NCBI RefSeq assembly: GCF_018350175.1
Contig: NC_058368.1
Location: 172,486,001-172,550,000, forward strand
Reading direction: 5' to 3'
Length of the DNA: 64,000 nt
Source of the DNA: Felis catus
Lineage: Eukaryota
This document shows positions 24,533-38,989 of the stretch, piece after piece. How positions within the stretch are numbered: position 1 is the stretch's first letter; each line of letters begins with the position of its first letter. Both the position numbers and the translations under genes were made by a program. The notes beneath the pieces were generated by a model that saw only the letters and a program-made list of their open reading frames with translations, ran no database searches and was not told the origin of the DNA.

Positions 24533-25039
24533 AAATTCATATATATTTTGAATTCTACTACTCATATATCAGCATTTCCTTTAATACAATTTTTTTAAAC
24601 TTATCAAGTTATACAACTTTGCCTCCAAATAATCAATAACACTGATGCTTGAGATTATGCACCATGTTTGTTTGGGGGCATTTAGTAACCTTCCCAGCAC
24701 CCCCAACCACTTCCATGTGCTTCCCAAATGTTCACAGAACTCAGTGTGAGGTACAAGGACATTTAACTCAATTACAGGTTAAATACTCTCTAATGAACTC
24801 TTCTCTACCTCATCACCACCTAGGTATGTTTTCTTATTTCTACATCCTTTTACTTCTTTCCAATTCTCCAAGATCAGCTTGGGCTTTATTTATTTATTTT
24901 TTTTTACAAGAGTCTTGTCTTGTTTCTCTGTCCAACAATGATTTTCCTTTCTCATCTCCTTTGCATACCTTGTTCACCTCACATGTGTTTTATTTGATCA
25001 TATAGAACTCTGAACTAGTTCTATTTATATATTTTGTGG

Positions 25040-27019
25040 TTTTTTCCAGCTTTATTGACCTGTTACTGACATATATATAACACATGTAAGTTTAAGGAGT
25101 ATAAAGTGATCATTTGACACACCATATACATTGCAAAACGATTACTGCAGGAAGGTTAGGTAACACGTCCACCCCCTCACATGATTATTATTTGTGTTTA
25201 TGTGTGGTGATAACATTGAAGATCTACTCTTAAAAACTTTCAAGTATATAATACAATGTAATTAATTATAGTCACCATGCCGTACATTGGATCCCTAGAA
25301 CTTACTCATCTTATAACTAAGCTTATACCCTTTGACTGACATGTCCCCATTTCTCCTGCCTCCAAACCCCTGGCAACCACCATTCTACTCTATTTCTTTG
25401 AAATCAAAGTTTTTGCATTCCACATATAAATGAGAACATACAGTACCTGTATTTCTCTGACATATTTGCTTAGCATAATGCCCTCATGGTTCCATCCATG
25501 TTGTCACAAATGGCAGGATTCCTTCTTTTTCATGGCTGACTAGTACTCTGGTATAGATATATATGCCATATCTTCTTTATCCATTCATCCATCAGTGGAC
25601 ACTCAGGTTGTCTCCATGTCTTAGGTATTGTGAATGATATTGCAATGAACATGGGAGTGCAGATACCTCTTCAATATAATAATTTCATTTCCTTCAGACA
25701 TATACCCAGATGTGGGATTCCTGTATCATTTGGTAATTCCATTTTTAATTTTTTAAGGAACCTCTACTATTATCCACAGTGGCTGCACCAATTAATATCT
25801 ACACCAACAGTGTACAAGGGTTTCCTTTCTCCACATCCTTGCCAGTACTTGTTATCTCTTGTCTTTTTGATGGTAGACATTCTAACAGGTGTGAGGTGAT
25901 ATCTCATTGCTGCTTTGATTTGCATTTCCCTGATAATTAGTAATGTTGAGTATCTTTTCATGTACCTGCTGGCCATTTGTAAGTCTTCTTTGGAAAAAAG
26001 TCTATTCAAGTCCTCCACCCATTTTCAATTTGCATTTTTTTCCCTGTTATTGGGTTACAGGAGTGCCTCATATATTTTGGATATTAGTCTTTAATCAGAT
26101 GGATGGTTTACAAATATTTTCTCCCATTCTGTAGGTTTCCTTTCACTTTGCTAATTGTTTATTTTGCTGTGCAGAAGACTTTTAGTTTGATGTAGTCCCA
26201 CTTAACTTATTTTTGCTTTTGTTGCTTGTGCTTTTAGGGTCATATCCAGAAAATTGCTGCCAAGGCCAATGTCAGGGAGCTTTTTCCTATATTTTCTTCT
26301 ATTAGTTTTACAGTTTCAGGTCTTATATTTAAGTCTTTAATCCATTTCAAGTTAATTTTAGTGAATGGTGTAAGACAGGGGTCCAATTTCATTCTTTTGC
26401 ATGTGAATATCCAGTTTTCTCAATACTATTTATTGAGGAGACAATCCTTTCCCTATTCAGGATTCTTAGCTCCCTTGTCAAATATCAGCTGATACTATAT
26501 GCATGGGCTTTTTTTCTGGGCTCTTGATTCTATTCCTGTGGTCTAGAGTCCGTTTTTATGCCAATGCCATATGGTTTTGATTACTATAGTTTTATAATAT
26601 AGCTTGAAATCAGCAAGTGTGATGCCTCCAGCTTTGTTCTTCATTCTCAGGATTGCTTTGGCTATTTGGGTCTTTTGTGGTTCCATACAAATTTTAGGAT
26701 TGTTTGTTCTATTTCTGTGAAAAAAATGCATTGAATTAAAAAAAATTTTTAATGTTTATTTATTTTTGACAGAGAGAGAGAGAGAGAGAGAGACAGAGCA
26801 TGAGCAGGGGAGGGGCAGAGACAGAGGGAGACACAGAATCCGAAGCAGGCATCAGGCTCTGAGCTGTCAGCACAGAGCCCGATGCGGGGCTCGAACTCAC
26901 AGACCGCGAGATCATGACCTGAGCTGAAGTCGGACGCTCAACGGACTGAGCCACCCAGGCACCCCAAATGCATTGAATTTTGATAGGGATTGCATTGAAT
27001 CTACAGATGGCTTTGGGCC
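25040..27019 (-). mobile_element. 5'-truncated L1 (L1MA9/L1_Carn-like), about 1.75 kb, frameshifted
   Basis: ORF2 fragments [32 protein letters not shown] and [25 protein letters not shown]. Confidence 0.95.
26738..26965 (-). mobile_element. CanSINE inserted in an L1
   Basis: TSD aaatgcattgaatt. Confidence 0.95.
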
Positions 27020-27084
27020 TTTTGTTTTCATTCATATTCATAATAATTTCACAAACTTAAGGGTAATTCTTTATGTGTATCACT

Positions 27085-27600
27085 TATCTACTGACACATA
27101 ACAAGCCATTACAAAACTTAGTGACTTGAAACAGCAATAACTCATTGTTTCTTGTGATTCTGTCAGTAATTGGTCAATAATTTGGGCGGGCTTACATGGG
27201 CAGTTCTCCATCTTATCTCATCTAGACTCACTAACATAATTTGCAGTCATCTGGTAGCTCGACTGGGGATGGAAGAACTAAGACATGCACACATATGTGT
27301 CTGGGCCATGATGCTACCTATTGCCTAGGCCTCTCTGTGTTGTCCCTCACCGTTGTTAGTCTAGCCCAGACTTCTTTTCATGGTTGCAAGAATGTTCCAA
27401 GAAGTGGGGGTGCCTAGTGGCTCAGTCGGTAAAGCGTGTGACTCTTGCTCTCAGGGTCGTGAGTTCAAGCCCCACATTGGTCATAAAGCTTACTAAAAAA
27501 ATAATAATAATAAAATTAAAAAAAAAAAAAAGAATGTTCCAAGGAGTGAAGCAGGAAGCTGCAAAGCATTTCGAAGCCTAGGCTCTGAGAAGTATGAACA
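27085..27600. mobile_element. MaLR LTR relic (MLT1-like) containing a short CanSINE at 27406-27529
   Basis: acaaaacttagtgacttgaaacagcaat...gattctgt motifs; SINE TSD aagaatgttccaag. Confidence 0.6.
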
Positions 27601-27784
27601 GACAAATCAGGAGGGTTTAGGAACTGCTCAAAAATAGGAAAGGCAATGATTAATAAAAAGAGATATAAGTCAACTAAATTAATCAGAGAACTGACCAAAT
27701 CTACCCAAACTAAGTCTAAAGACCAATCAAACTACAGACAGTTCTTGACAGTATTATTATTATGTAACAAAAGAATGTGAAATG

Positions 27785-29255
<1,471 letters not shown>

Positions 29256-31019
29256 AATGTGAAATGGTATCTATTACTTAAAGACTTTAAAAGCCTATTC
29301 TAACTCCTGATTTAGGAGTAGAATAAATTAAATAAACATATTGTTCACTCTGTGACATAGAGCTTAGAGTTTGCAAAAAAAACTACCACTACCGCCAGTA
29401 AAAAAACAAACTTCCAGAACCTTCAAGTGGGACCAAAATCTACTGTGATTTCAGTCTAGTTTTATGCTAGTTGGGCAGTACTTTTAACACTGAATCACTC
29501 TCATGAGTGATTTTATTTAAAAGGCTCTGTGTTAATTATTAATTGCTCACACAGAACCCATAGGGGATTTAAAACATTTTTTTATTTTCTTAATTCACCA
29601 GCCAGAAACCTACATACTAGGGATAACCCAGCTGAATTGGAAAATGCCTTCTTGTCTCACTTAATTTAACCTGTTTCAAGAGTTTAGAAGAATTTTTATA
29701 TACACAGAAAAAGCCCCAACAATATTTAAGAGTAACATTCATTCTGGAAAAAATTGGGATGTGTCAGGACTAGACAGGTTTTATGTATATTAACTAATTG
29801 TGGTTTTAATTTTTTGAAAGCAAGATACTAAACCAACATTCAGGGAGCTGCTTATTTATTTCTTTAAATCTGATAAGCAATCAGTATCTCCTTACATGTG
29901 GGGTTTAGAGACCTTTCTGCCTAAACTATATGTTCTTTGATCTATTTTTTTTTACTTTGAGTTCCTGTTAAGTAAAAGCCTTGCTATTTTGGTTTCTCTG
30001 AGACACTTCAGTACTTTGTATGTTCCTGCTGGACCACAGGGGCATTACCAGAGCAGTAATGAAGTCTGAAACATCAGGTGGGAATATAACTTAAGGCAAG
30101 ACCAATAAAGTATCTTTGAAGATATAGGTTATTGGAAAATGTGCCCAGTGTTCTAATCTTAGCATAAATTAAACTTAGTTGTATTAATTAACAGGTTTTA
30201 ATGTCTGCTGTCTTAAACAATGTTTTAAAACTATAGGGATTTGATTCAAATAAGTTCTTGGGCTCTCTGAGATCTGACCAAAGGAAGAAAAACAAGTGCC
30301 CCCAAAGATCTAAAAAGCATAGGCTTGTAACAACCTCATTAGGCAAACTTGAAGGATTTTATCAATTCTCCTCAGGCAATTCAGTGGTGTTTTTCAGTGG
30401 TCCTCACCCTGAAGCACTATCTCTTTCACAAAATTCACACATTTGACAAAAATATGTGGAAATCATGTGTAAAGTTTACAGGTTGGTTGAAGTAAAAAAC
30501 TATTTATTTAAAAGGGCATGTTTAAATAAAGGCTTCAATGGAATGGTGAACATGTATAAATATCTAAAGTTAGGATTTTTTTTAACTCCAGACTTTCCTA
30601 ATCACAAAGAAAATTGAAAAAAAAATTAAATCATGGTTTTTAAAATGCGATTTAATTTTTAAAATTTACATTTCAAAATGAAAAAAAATAAATCGCAAAA
30701 TTTTAAATGAAAATTACAAGTGATTATATTAAACCTAAACCACTTGTTTTCCACTGGGAAATTAGGGAGCACACATTAAACCTCATAACTATTTTGATGT
30801 AATGTATGCCATCGCTTCATTGCCAAAGGGATGGGTTTACCTAGCAGGAATTGTCCTCTCAGATCCCTTCTCAAGACCCTGGGGACCATGTGCCAACAAT
30901 TTCTGGGAGTGGCCTCTGGATGGCAGTATTCTTTTAGTTGGCATCTTGATCATTAAGACTAAGTTCCAGGGGACTCCGAGAATCATCTTTTTCAATAATC
31001 AACGTTTTAGTGTTCTCAA

Positions 31020-31410
31020 CTCCTTATTAGCTCTGTGGCTTAGAGCAAGGCAAGTAACTTCTTCAAGTCTCAGTGTCTTCCACTGTCTATGGAGGATTCT
31101 ATTCTAAACTTGGAAGGTAGTCACAAGGATTAGAGATGATAATGATAATTATTATAGGAACACTATTATTTATTGAAAACCTAATGTGAATAGGCACTGT
31201 GTAGGAACTTTACAAATGATATCTCACTAAGTCCTTCCAATTACCCTCTAATGCAGGTATTACCACTTTATCTTTACAGATAAGAAAACTGAAGCTGAGA
31301 ATAATCAAGAATGCAACCTAAATCCCATAGCCACTCAGTGGTAAACCTGGACTTTCTTTCTAAGCATATAATACAAGTAAAGTGCCTACCAAATTGCCTT
31401 GTGCACAGTA
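31020..31410. mobile_element. MIR relics
   Basis: gcaagtaacttcttcaagtctcagt and tttacagataagaaaactgaagct core motifs. Confidence 0.6.
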
Positions 31411-31430
31411 AATATTAGTAATTTTTAAAC

Positions 31431-31654
31431 TTTTTTTTAAAAAAATTTTTCTTAACGTTTATTTATTTTTGAGGCAGAGAGAGACAGAGCATGAACGGGG
31501 GAGGGTCAGAGAGAGGGAGACACAGAATCCGAAACAGGCTCCAGGCTCCGAGCTGTCAGCACAGAGCCCGACGCGGGGCTCGAACTCATGGACCGCGAGA
31601 TCTTGACCTGAGCCGAAGTCGGCCGCCCAACCGACTGAGCCACCCAGGCGCCCC
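31431..31654 (-). mobile_element. CanSINE (CpG-rich, young)
   Basis: TSD aatttttaa. Confidence 0.95.
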
Positions 31655-32429
31655 AATTTTTAACCATTTTTAATATTGTTATTTCTATAACTTAAGTTTT
31701 ATATAACTGTTGTCTGAAAGACATTAAAAATTTTTAATATCATTACTAAGTGGACATAAAAGAGATATAAAAATCTATTATGATCTAGTTGTTCAGATAT
31801 CTTAATTTTTCCCCAAAGTATATTTCAGCAGAGAATGTAAGGACAAAGAGAAGATTTGTAAATAAAAGTTATGGTCAATTAAATGTGTGAAATGTTATAT
31901 ATTTTATTCTTCTCCTGGAGAGTCGCAAGAAATATTAGCATATTAAAGACTCAGAGATGTCTTGCAATAAAGAAAACTACTAATCTAGTTTAATCCAAAG
32001 CTTTCAAATGTATTTAAAAAAGTAATTCTTTCTTCACAAAATATTTATGACCATCCTTTGAAATCGGTGTTCTGTGGAAAACATTTGAGAAAAATGAATC
32101 TTTCGAAATTCCTCTTCCAACTTGAGCATGTAATGTTTTGATAACTCTTCTTTTTCTGCCAACTCAACTCCCTGCTGTGGATGTGGTGTGAAATGTCAGG
32201 ACTGACAATAAAATCTTTCTGACACTTTACTGTTAAACCTAACTTTTTCTCAGGCTTTTCTTACAGCAGTACAACATTCTTTCTACTTCTGTCCATATTG
32301 CAACCACAGGTAAAACTTGCCTGAAACTCCTGCTCACAGTCTTTCTTATCTTCTGCACCATTCAGTTGCTTCTAAACCTCTGTTGACTCTAACTTAAATT
32401 TTATTGCTACTTAAATTGCCATGTGATTA

Positions 32430-34090
32430 TAACTTCACATTTAAATTATAAGTTCCTTGGTGTCTGGAACCATGCATTGTGCTGCCATTTATCCCTGAAA
32501 AAGCATGAACACTGTGCACTGCCCATTCAACAAATGCAACAAATATACACTAAACATCTCTAATATGCCAAGCTCTGTTCCAGGTGCTGGGGTATAGTAG
32601 TACCCCTGTAAGGCTGTCAGTACTTTAGTGGAACTTTCATTGTACTAGGGGAGATACATAAATGAGTCTTAGAATAAGTACATAATGTAATGTCAGATAA
32701 GAATAAGTAGTATGAAGCAACAGGGCATGTGAAAAGGCCTCTAGGGGCGCCTGGGTGGCTCAGCCGGTTAAGCGTCCGACTTTGGCTCAGGTCATGATCT
32801 CACGGTTCATGAGTTTGAGCCCCGCATCGGGCTCTGTGCCAACAGCTCAGAGCCTGGAGCCTACTTCAGACTCTGTGTCTCCTTCTCTCTCTATCCCTCC
32901 CCTGCTCACTCTGTCTCTCAAAAATAAATGTTAAAATTTTTTTTTAAAAAAAGAAAAGGCCTCTAATGAAGGAATATTTAAGATGAAATCTGAATAACCG
33001 AAAATGAGGTCAGAAAGAAGAGTGTTCTAGACAAGAGGAAAGGGCCAGGGCAAAGGCTGAAGGCTGGCTCAATTTTCTAAGTTAGAGGAAAACAGGAAGG
33101 TCAGTGTGGCTAGAACAAGCATAATAGGTCAGGGCAATCAGCATGATAACACTTACAGTGGTGGGTATGAGCCAGACTGCAGTATGGAATTTGGACATCA
33201 TTTTAGATGATATGGAAGCCATGGAATGCTGCAGACATGGGAATGAGCTAAGCATGTTTCCATAATGTTAAGAAGACCACTCTGACTGCAGGATAAATAA
33301 TGGAATACAGGGGGTCAAGGTAGGCATCAGGGATGCCAGTTATAGGCTATCTTAGTAATTAAGGCAAGACATGATGGTGATTTAGGCAAGGGTGGTGGCA
33401 AGGGAGCAAAGGAGAGTAGACAGATTCTGGGTGTATTTTGACAAAAGAGACAACAGGACTTGCTGGCTTGAGCAAATGAGAGGGTGGTGATATTGTCAAT
33501 ATGGGGATATCTGGGAGATCAGTGACCCTGAGAGGAAGACTAAGGAAGGGAGTCAAGAATCCTTTTGACCGTGTTAAAGGTGAGAGGTCTATAAGACATC
33601 CAGGAATACGTGTCATTTTTACCTGATTTGGCAGCTCATGGGAAAAAGCAGGGCTAGATACATACATTGAAGTCGCTGGTACAAAAAACATTCTTTGAAG
33701 TCATGGGCACTAAATCATCCTGGGAGAGATCGTAACTCCAAGGCACCCTAGAGACCAAGACTGAGAAAGGGAAGCCAAAATGGCAGGCAGAAACCCAGGA
33801 GAATGTGGTGTTGAGAAGTCCAAAAGAATAAAGTGCAGCTGGAGTGAGGGAGTAGTCAGCTGAGTAAAATGGCAAAGATCCAGAAGAGGACCCATCAAGT
33901 TGGTCAACATGGAGGCAATCGGAGCGGGTTCACTGGAGCAGTGATGACCAAAGCTGGGAAGAGTGGGTTGAAGGCAGAGGTGAGGGCTGGTAAACACTCA
34001 GTGTAGACAAACTCTTCATAAAGTTCTGCTGAGAAGAGGAGCATAGAAGTGGGACAGGAGCTGGAAGGGACGCGGAGCCAGGAAAGGGCT
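32430..34090. mobile_element. L2 relic containing a CanSINE at 32744-32952
   Basis: Purine-rich L2 motifs (tgccaagctctgttccaggtgctgggg, aagaccactctgactgc, gaaacccaggagaatgtggtg); SINE TSD gaaaaggcctcta. Confidence 0.65.
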
Positions 34091-34329
34091 ACCCTGACCC
34101 CAAGATGGGAAGTACTAGACTCTACCTACATAGAGTCAGAAGGGAAGATTGCAATGTGGAAAAGAGAGGGACTCATAACTCATTGTTTAATTATTGTAGA
34201 GTTTTAAATGTATTTGTCTCACATTGGATTGAATAGGAGACTGTTTTCCAACATACGAGTTGCAACTGTGACAATCAATAGGAAATGAAACTGAGTGGCA
34301 GTAACGATAATATTAACTTGTATATAGGG

Positions 34330-34535
34330 CTAATTATGTGATAGGCACTGTTTTATGTGCTTTTCATATGTATATTTAACATCTAAATTCCTCTAAATAA
34401 CAATTATTGTTCTCACACTACACTTGATGAGGAAACTGAGATATGGAGAGTTAAGTAACTTGTCTGATGTCATGGAGGCAGGAAGTGACAGAACCAGGAT
34501 TCACACTCAAATGACCTGACTTTGAAGCTTTAACT
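34330..34535 (-). mobile_element. MIR relic
   Basis: gatgaggaaactgagatatggagagttaagtaacttg. Confidence 0.7.
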
Positions 34536-35089
34536 ACCAGGATAAACTGGCACAGGGTTGCACATCTGCTGGCATTTCCTCAGTTCACAAACTGTTTTAT
34601 GACTCACCAGCCCTCAATTACCTCTTTTTTCTCCAAGTCATACAGTTACAAAGGTTGAAAGGAATTGTTTTTCAACTCTTTCTCTAGTTAGGGCAATCCT
34701 ATGAAATGGACCGTTCAATTAGATGTGGGCAGCAATTCTATCAAAACTGTCCCTTTTAGAATATTTATAAACTACACATTAAAATAAAAATTTTGACTGT
34801 ATAGGTTGTTTTCCATACAAGCATTCCTCCTATATACACAGTAAATATTACTTCAGTGACCACATGGGATTCACTAATTGGGATATACCACAGTTTACTT
34901 GAAATGTGTCTGTGTGTGTGCTTATTAATTTATGTAAGATGGCCAGGTTCTTGGCAGAAAAATTAGAAAATACAGCTTACAAAAAGAATTCCACTCATTC
35001 TTTCATTTAATACACATTACTGTGTGTGCATTTTAGGTCATGCAAGTATTACAAATCATACTTTCAAATGCTATTTAAAAGCATGAGGA

Positions 35090-35216
35090 GGGGCACCTGG
35101 GTGGCTCAGTTGGTTAAGTATCTGACTCTTGATTTCGACTCAGGTTGTGATCTCACGTTCATAGGATCGAGCCCCATGTCGGGCTCTGTGCTGATAGCAC
35201 AGAGCCTGCTTGGGAT

Positions 35217-35280
<64 letters not shown>

Positions 35281-35358
35281 CTCTGACCCCACCACATGCA
35301 TGTACACACACACACATGCTCTCTTTCTCTCTCTCTCTCAAAATAAATAAATAAACAT
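35090..35358 (+). mobile_element. CanSINE with expanded (CT)n
   Basis: TSD aaaagcatgagga. Confidence 0.95.
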
Positions 35359-35790
35359 TTTAAAAAGCATGAGGAAAATGCAAAGGAAGAATTTCAGGAT
35401 ACAAAACTATAGAAAGTATGTGAAAAAAATAGTAAAAAACAATTAAATCACATATACACACATGAGAAAGAGAGAGAGAAATCTATACAGTAGCTATTAT
35501 TTCTGGATGTGAGATATTAAGGATGATTTTTATTTTCTTCTGATTGCCTTTCCCCCCTTATTTTTCTATAATGAACATATATTACTTTAATACTCGGAAA
35601 AATGTTACTTCAAAAATTAAATATTTCTACCTATTATGCTAAGAGCACATGCATTACCAGACATCTGATTTGAAGCTAAAATGGAATCCATTAAGATAGT
35701 AAGGCATAGGGGATATGAGGACACGTTTATTATTTCAATTACTCAATAATAATGCTCCAAATGATTTCACTGCCAAGAGCACTGTTCAAG

Positions 35791-35791
<1 letters not shown>

Positions 35792-35828
<37 letters not shown>
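35792..35828. repeat. (TG)n microsatellite
   Basis: Read directly. Confidence 0.95.
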
Positions 35829-35829
<1 letters not shown>

Positions 35830-36677
35830 GTGGGGCACTACATAATTATCTATGCTAATTAGTATATATTTAACAAATGATGGACAATTAACATGGAGCT
35901 TTGTTTCCTGCCACTAGATCTACCTCGGAGAAAAAGAAACAGAGAAAGAGAGAGATCCAGGAGACATTTTCAAGGAAAAATTTTTTTTTAATTCCTTTAA
36001 ATATAATAGAAAATTCAGATACTTTCCTCTGGCCCTTTGTTCAGGCTACCCTTTCAGATGCCTCTTGTTTTTCCCTTTAAATCTTGTAAAAATTGTGAAA
36101 AATTATAAATATACTAACAATACGTAAACATTTGAGTGCTCAAAAAAATGTACTATAAACCCCATGCTCCCATCACCCAGCTTCAATAATTATCAACATT
36201 TGTGGGGCCTTTCTTTCTACTTGCTTATCTTGCACTAGTAGGAAACAATAATACTTATGAACAGGAAAACTCTGTAGAAAAAATTTTAAAGATTAAGCAA
36301 ACAAGAGATGGGTTTTTTAAAACCTCACTGCACAGAGCTGCACTAAACTTTGAAGGAGTCCCCAAATAGCTTCTGAGGCCTACTGGTGCAGTCACCACCT
36401 TTCCCATCCAATGTGCCCCCTTCTTTTCCAACAGCTAAATAGCTATGCATTATTACGCTTGGAAAATGGAAGAACTAAAATAAAGAATGCACTAAGCTCA
36501 GAACTGAAACTGTAAGACAGAATTGGGGGAAGTAGGGAACATTCACCCAGGGAAAGTGTGGCCAAGAAGACAGCCTGCGGATGAGCCAGCAGCAGGCTGG
36601 GCAGGCCACTCGCATTTACAGAGGTCACCAAGCAGGGCTAGTGGAGCACTACCAAACTGTCGCCTGGTTGTACCTAC

Positions 36678-36925
36678 CCAAACTGTTGTCGCTGCTCGTG
36701 GGCCAGGACGCAATTCTATCCCTCAGCTTCTTCTTTTTACAGGAGTTGTCTGACTTCTCAGAAAGACCTACTTCCTCCTTCCTAATTTCTCGAACGAGCT
36801 GCATGCGGCACCTTGTAAAATCCTGAAAGGAAATCTTCCCATGTTCATCTGCGCCCAACTGGTTCATGATCTCAGCCACAGACTCTTCCATATTCAGTTG
36901 GCGGCAGACCATCAATAAGTCATTT
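36678..36925 (-). CDS. MCC: MCC internal coding exon (probably exon 2 of the long isoform), EF-hand region
   Basis: Translates to (R)NDLLMVCRQLNMEESVAEIMNQLGADEHGKISFQDFTRCRMQLVREIRKEEVGLSEKSDNSCKKKKLRDRIASWPTSSDNSL(G), recognised as the MCC N-terminal region. Acceptor cctaac..ttttcttctgtccaaccctcctgtag|A (phase 2); donor TTGG|gtaggt (phase 1); 248 nt. Confidence 0.95.
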
Positions 36926-36960
36926 CTACAGGAGGGTTGGACAGAAGAAAACTCGTTAGG
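36926..36960 (-). promoter_or_regulatory. Branch point, polypyrimidine tract and 3' splice site
   Basis: Minus strand reads cctaac (36960-36955), then gagttttcttctgtccaaccctcctgtag. Confidence 0.75.
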
Positions 36961-37154
36961 AGAGACATTTGAACTGGAGAACGTGGTCAATGGGGGTGGG
37001 GGAGGGGTGGAAAGAGCATTTCTTGAACATATCCACACACAGGAAACCTATTTCCAACTTCCTCATTGCTTCTAGAAAAGTGGTAAGTGTGCAAAAAGAT
37101 CTGTTTCATCTGGGTGATTCTAGACAAGAACTCTATTTAATTATTTGGAAGAGT

Positions 37155-37293
37155 GTGGTGCCTGGGTAGCTCAGTTGTTAAGCATCTGACTTCAGCTCAG
37201 GTCATGATCTCACAGTTCATGAGTTCAGCCCCACATCAGGTGAGCACAACCCCTGCTTTGGGTAAAAACACAAGCCCTGCTTCAGGTGAGCCC

Positions 37294-37348
<55 letters not shown>

Positions 37349-37428
37349 GCCTCTCTCTCTCTCTCTCTCTCTGCCCTTCACTCACTTGTGTTCACTTGCT
37401 CTCTCTCTCTCCTCAAAAAAACCCAAAA
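37155..37428 (+). mobile_element. CanSINE variant with an internally repeated body
   Basis: TSD aattatttggaagagt; body repeats caggtgagc and ccctgctt. Confidence 0.9.
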
Positions 37429-38706
37429 AATTATTTGGAAGAGTAGAGCAACTTAGAATCTTTTGGTTCTCTTTTTCCTCCTGTCTCCAGGCCTCTTCCT
37501 CCCTGTCTTTCTTTTGAAATTGATGGAGTACCTGTAGAGTGCAGCCCTGTAATCTCACTACAGGATAAAGTTTCAGAACATAGAAAAGACATTGTTTCTC
37601 CCTTTGGCAGAGTTTAAAATCTAGTCCAGTTGTAAAAGAACAACAAAGATTTTAACAAGCTTGTTCTGAACCAATCAGCAAACTTCAGCACTTCTTTCAA
37701 AGACTATTTAATCTCAACTCGCATGACTCACTGCTGGCCTACCTCTGGTTTTTCTTAATCTTCTTTGAGTATTTTCCATCTTCTCACCAGCAACTAGCCC
37801 TAAGACTTAGAGCAGGAGTCAAAATCCCACACATCTTCCAGGACTAGGACTTTATGTAAATGTGAGAAGTGGATGGATCTAAGACAGGAGGGGCTGGTCG
37901 AGTCTGGGGCTGGACTAGAGAAGGATACCCAGCCTGTATGTTCTCAAATTTAAAAATCAAAAATAAAACTAATTAAAAAGGAACAATAAGAACAACAACA
38001 TGATGCTGGCCAAGAGCACTTATCTAGAGGACATCATTTGACCCCTGACACATAAGTCTTGTTCTTTTCTATCTGCATTCCTTGGGGAAACATATTGTTC
38101 ATATTGCTCCAACTAGAAGTCTCAATGAAGGTCAAAGGATTACAGAATTTAAGAGCTGGAAGAGACATAAGAAACTCGTCCATGGTCACAAACAAAGCTA
38201 ACTTGTGCTCCTGTCTCAACACACCACCAAAGTTCAATTATTTTGAGGACATGGCCAATTTGATGTTTGCTGATATCTGAAACCTAACCATGCAAAGTAA
38301 GACCAATTGCTGTCTTCCAGCCACCCTTCACCACTGCTGCTCCTGGTCAGTACTACTGCAGTTTCCCCACCTTCCCGACGCTCACGGAATGATAGATAAT
38401 TTTAATTTCTTCTCCTTCACTCCATCTTACCCTCAATTTCCCCCTCCCTGGTTCCCAGTGTCCAGTTTATTGTCAAATTTCTGTTGCTCCTGTCCTTGGA
38501 ATGCTTTTATATTTACTCTTAATTGGGGTTTTCTGCTATATTACACTAGTTTCTCTAGCCAATCACCCTGCTCCCATATGTCATTCCATCTTCATGTTTT
38601 AGAAATATTTTTACACATAGCTACATGTTTTATTTTATCTTGTGTGTATGTGTGTGTACATATGTGTATTATGTATATGCCTATGTACATTTAATTGTAT
38701 CTATTT

Positions 38707-38920
38707 GGGGGCGCCTGGGTGGCGCAGTTGGTTAAGCGTCCGACTTCAGCCAGGTCACGATCTTGCGGTCCGTGAGTTCGAGCCCCGCATCAGGCTCTGG
38801 GCTGATGGCTCAGAGCCTGGAGCCTGTTTCCGATTCTGTGTCTCCCTCTCTCTCTGCCCCTCCCCCGTTCATGCTCTGTCTCTCTCTGTCCCAAAAATAA
38901 ATAAACGTTGGAAAAAAAAA
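38707..38920 (+). mobile_element. Young SINEC_Fc-type CanSINE
   Basis: TSD ttaattgtatctatttgg. Confidence 0.95.
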
Positions 38921-38989
38921 TTAATTGTATCTATTTGGAGGGTAGATGGATGGGTAGATGAATAAATAAACATACACATAAAAGTAGGA

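Noticed and set aside
29493..29512. 8-bp-arm hairpin aatcactc-tcat-gagtgatt
   Set aside because: Short and isolated; expected by chance in 64 kb.
36926..37038. N-terminal extension of the 129-aa ORF (MWICSRNALSTPPPPP…)
   Set aside because: It is open-frame intron upstream of a strong branch point and acceptor at 36926; only 36925-36678 is MCC-like.
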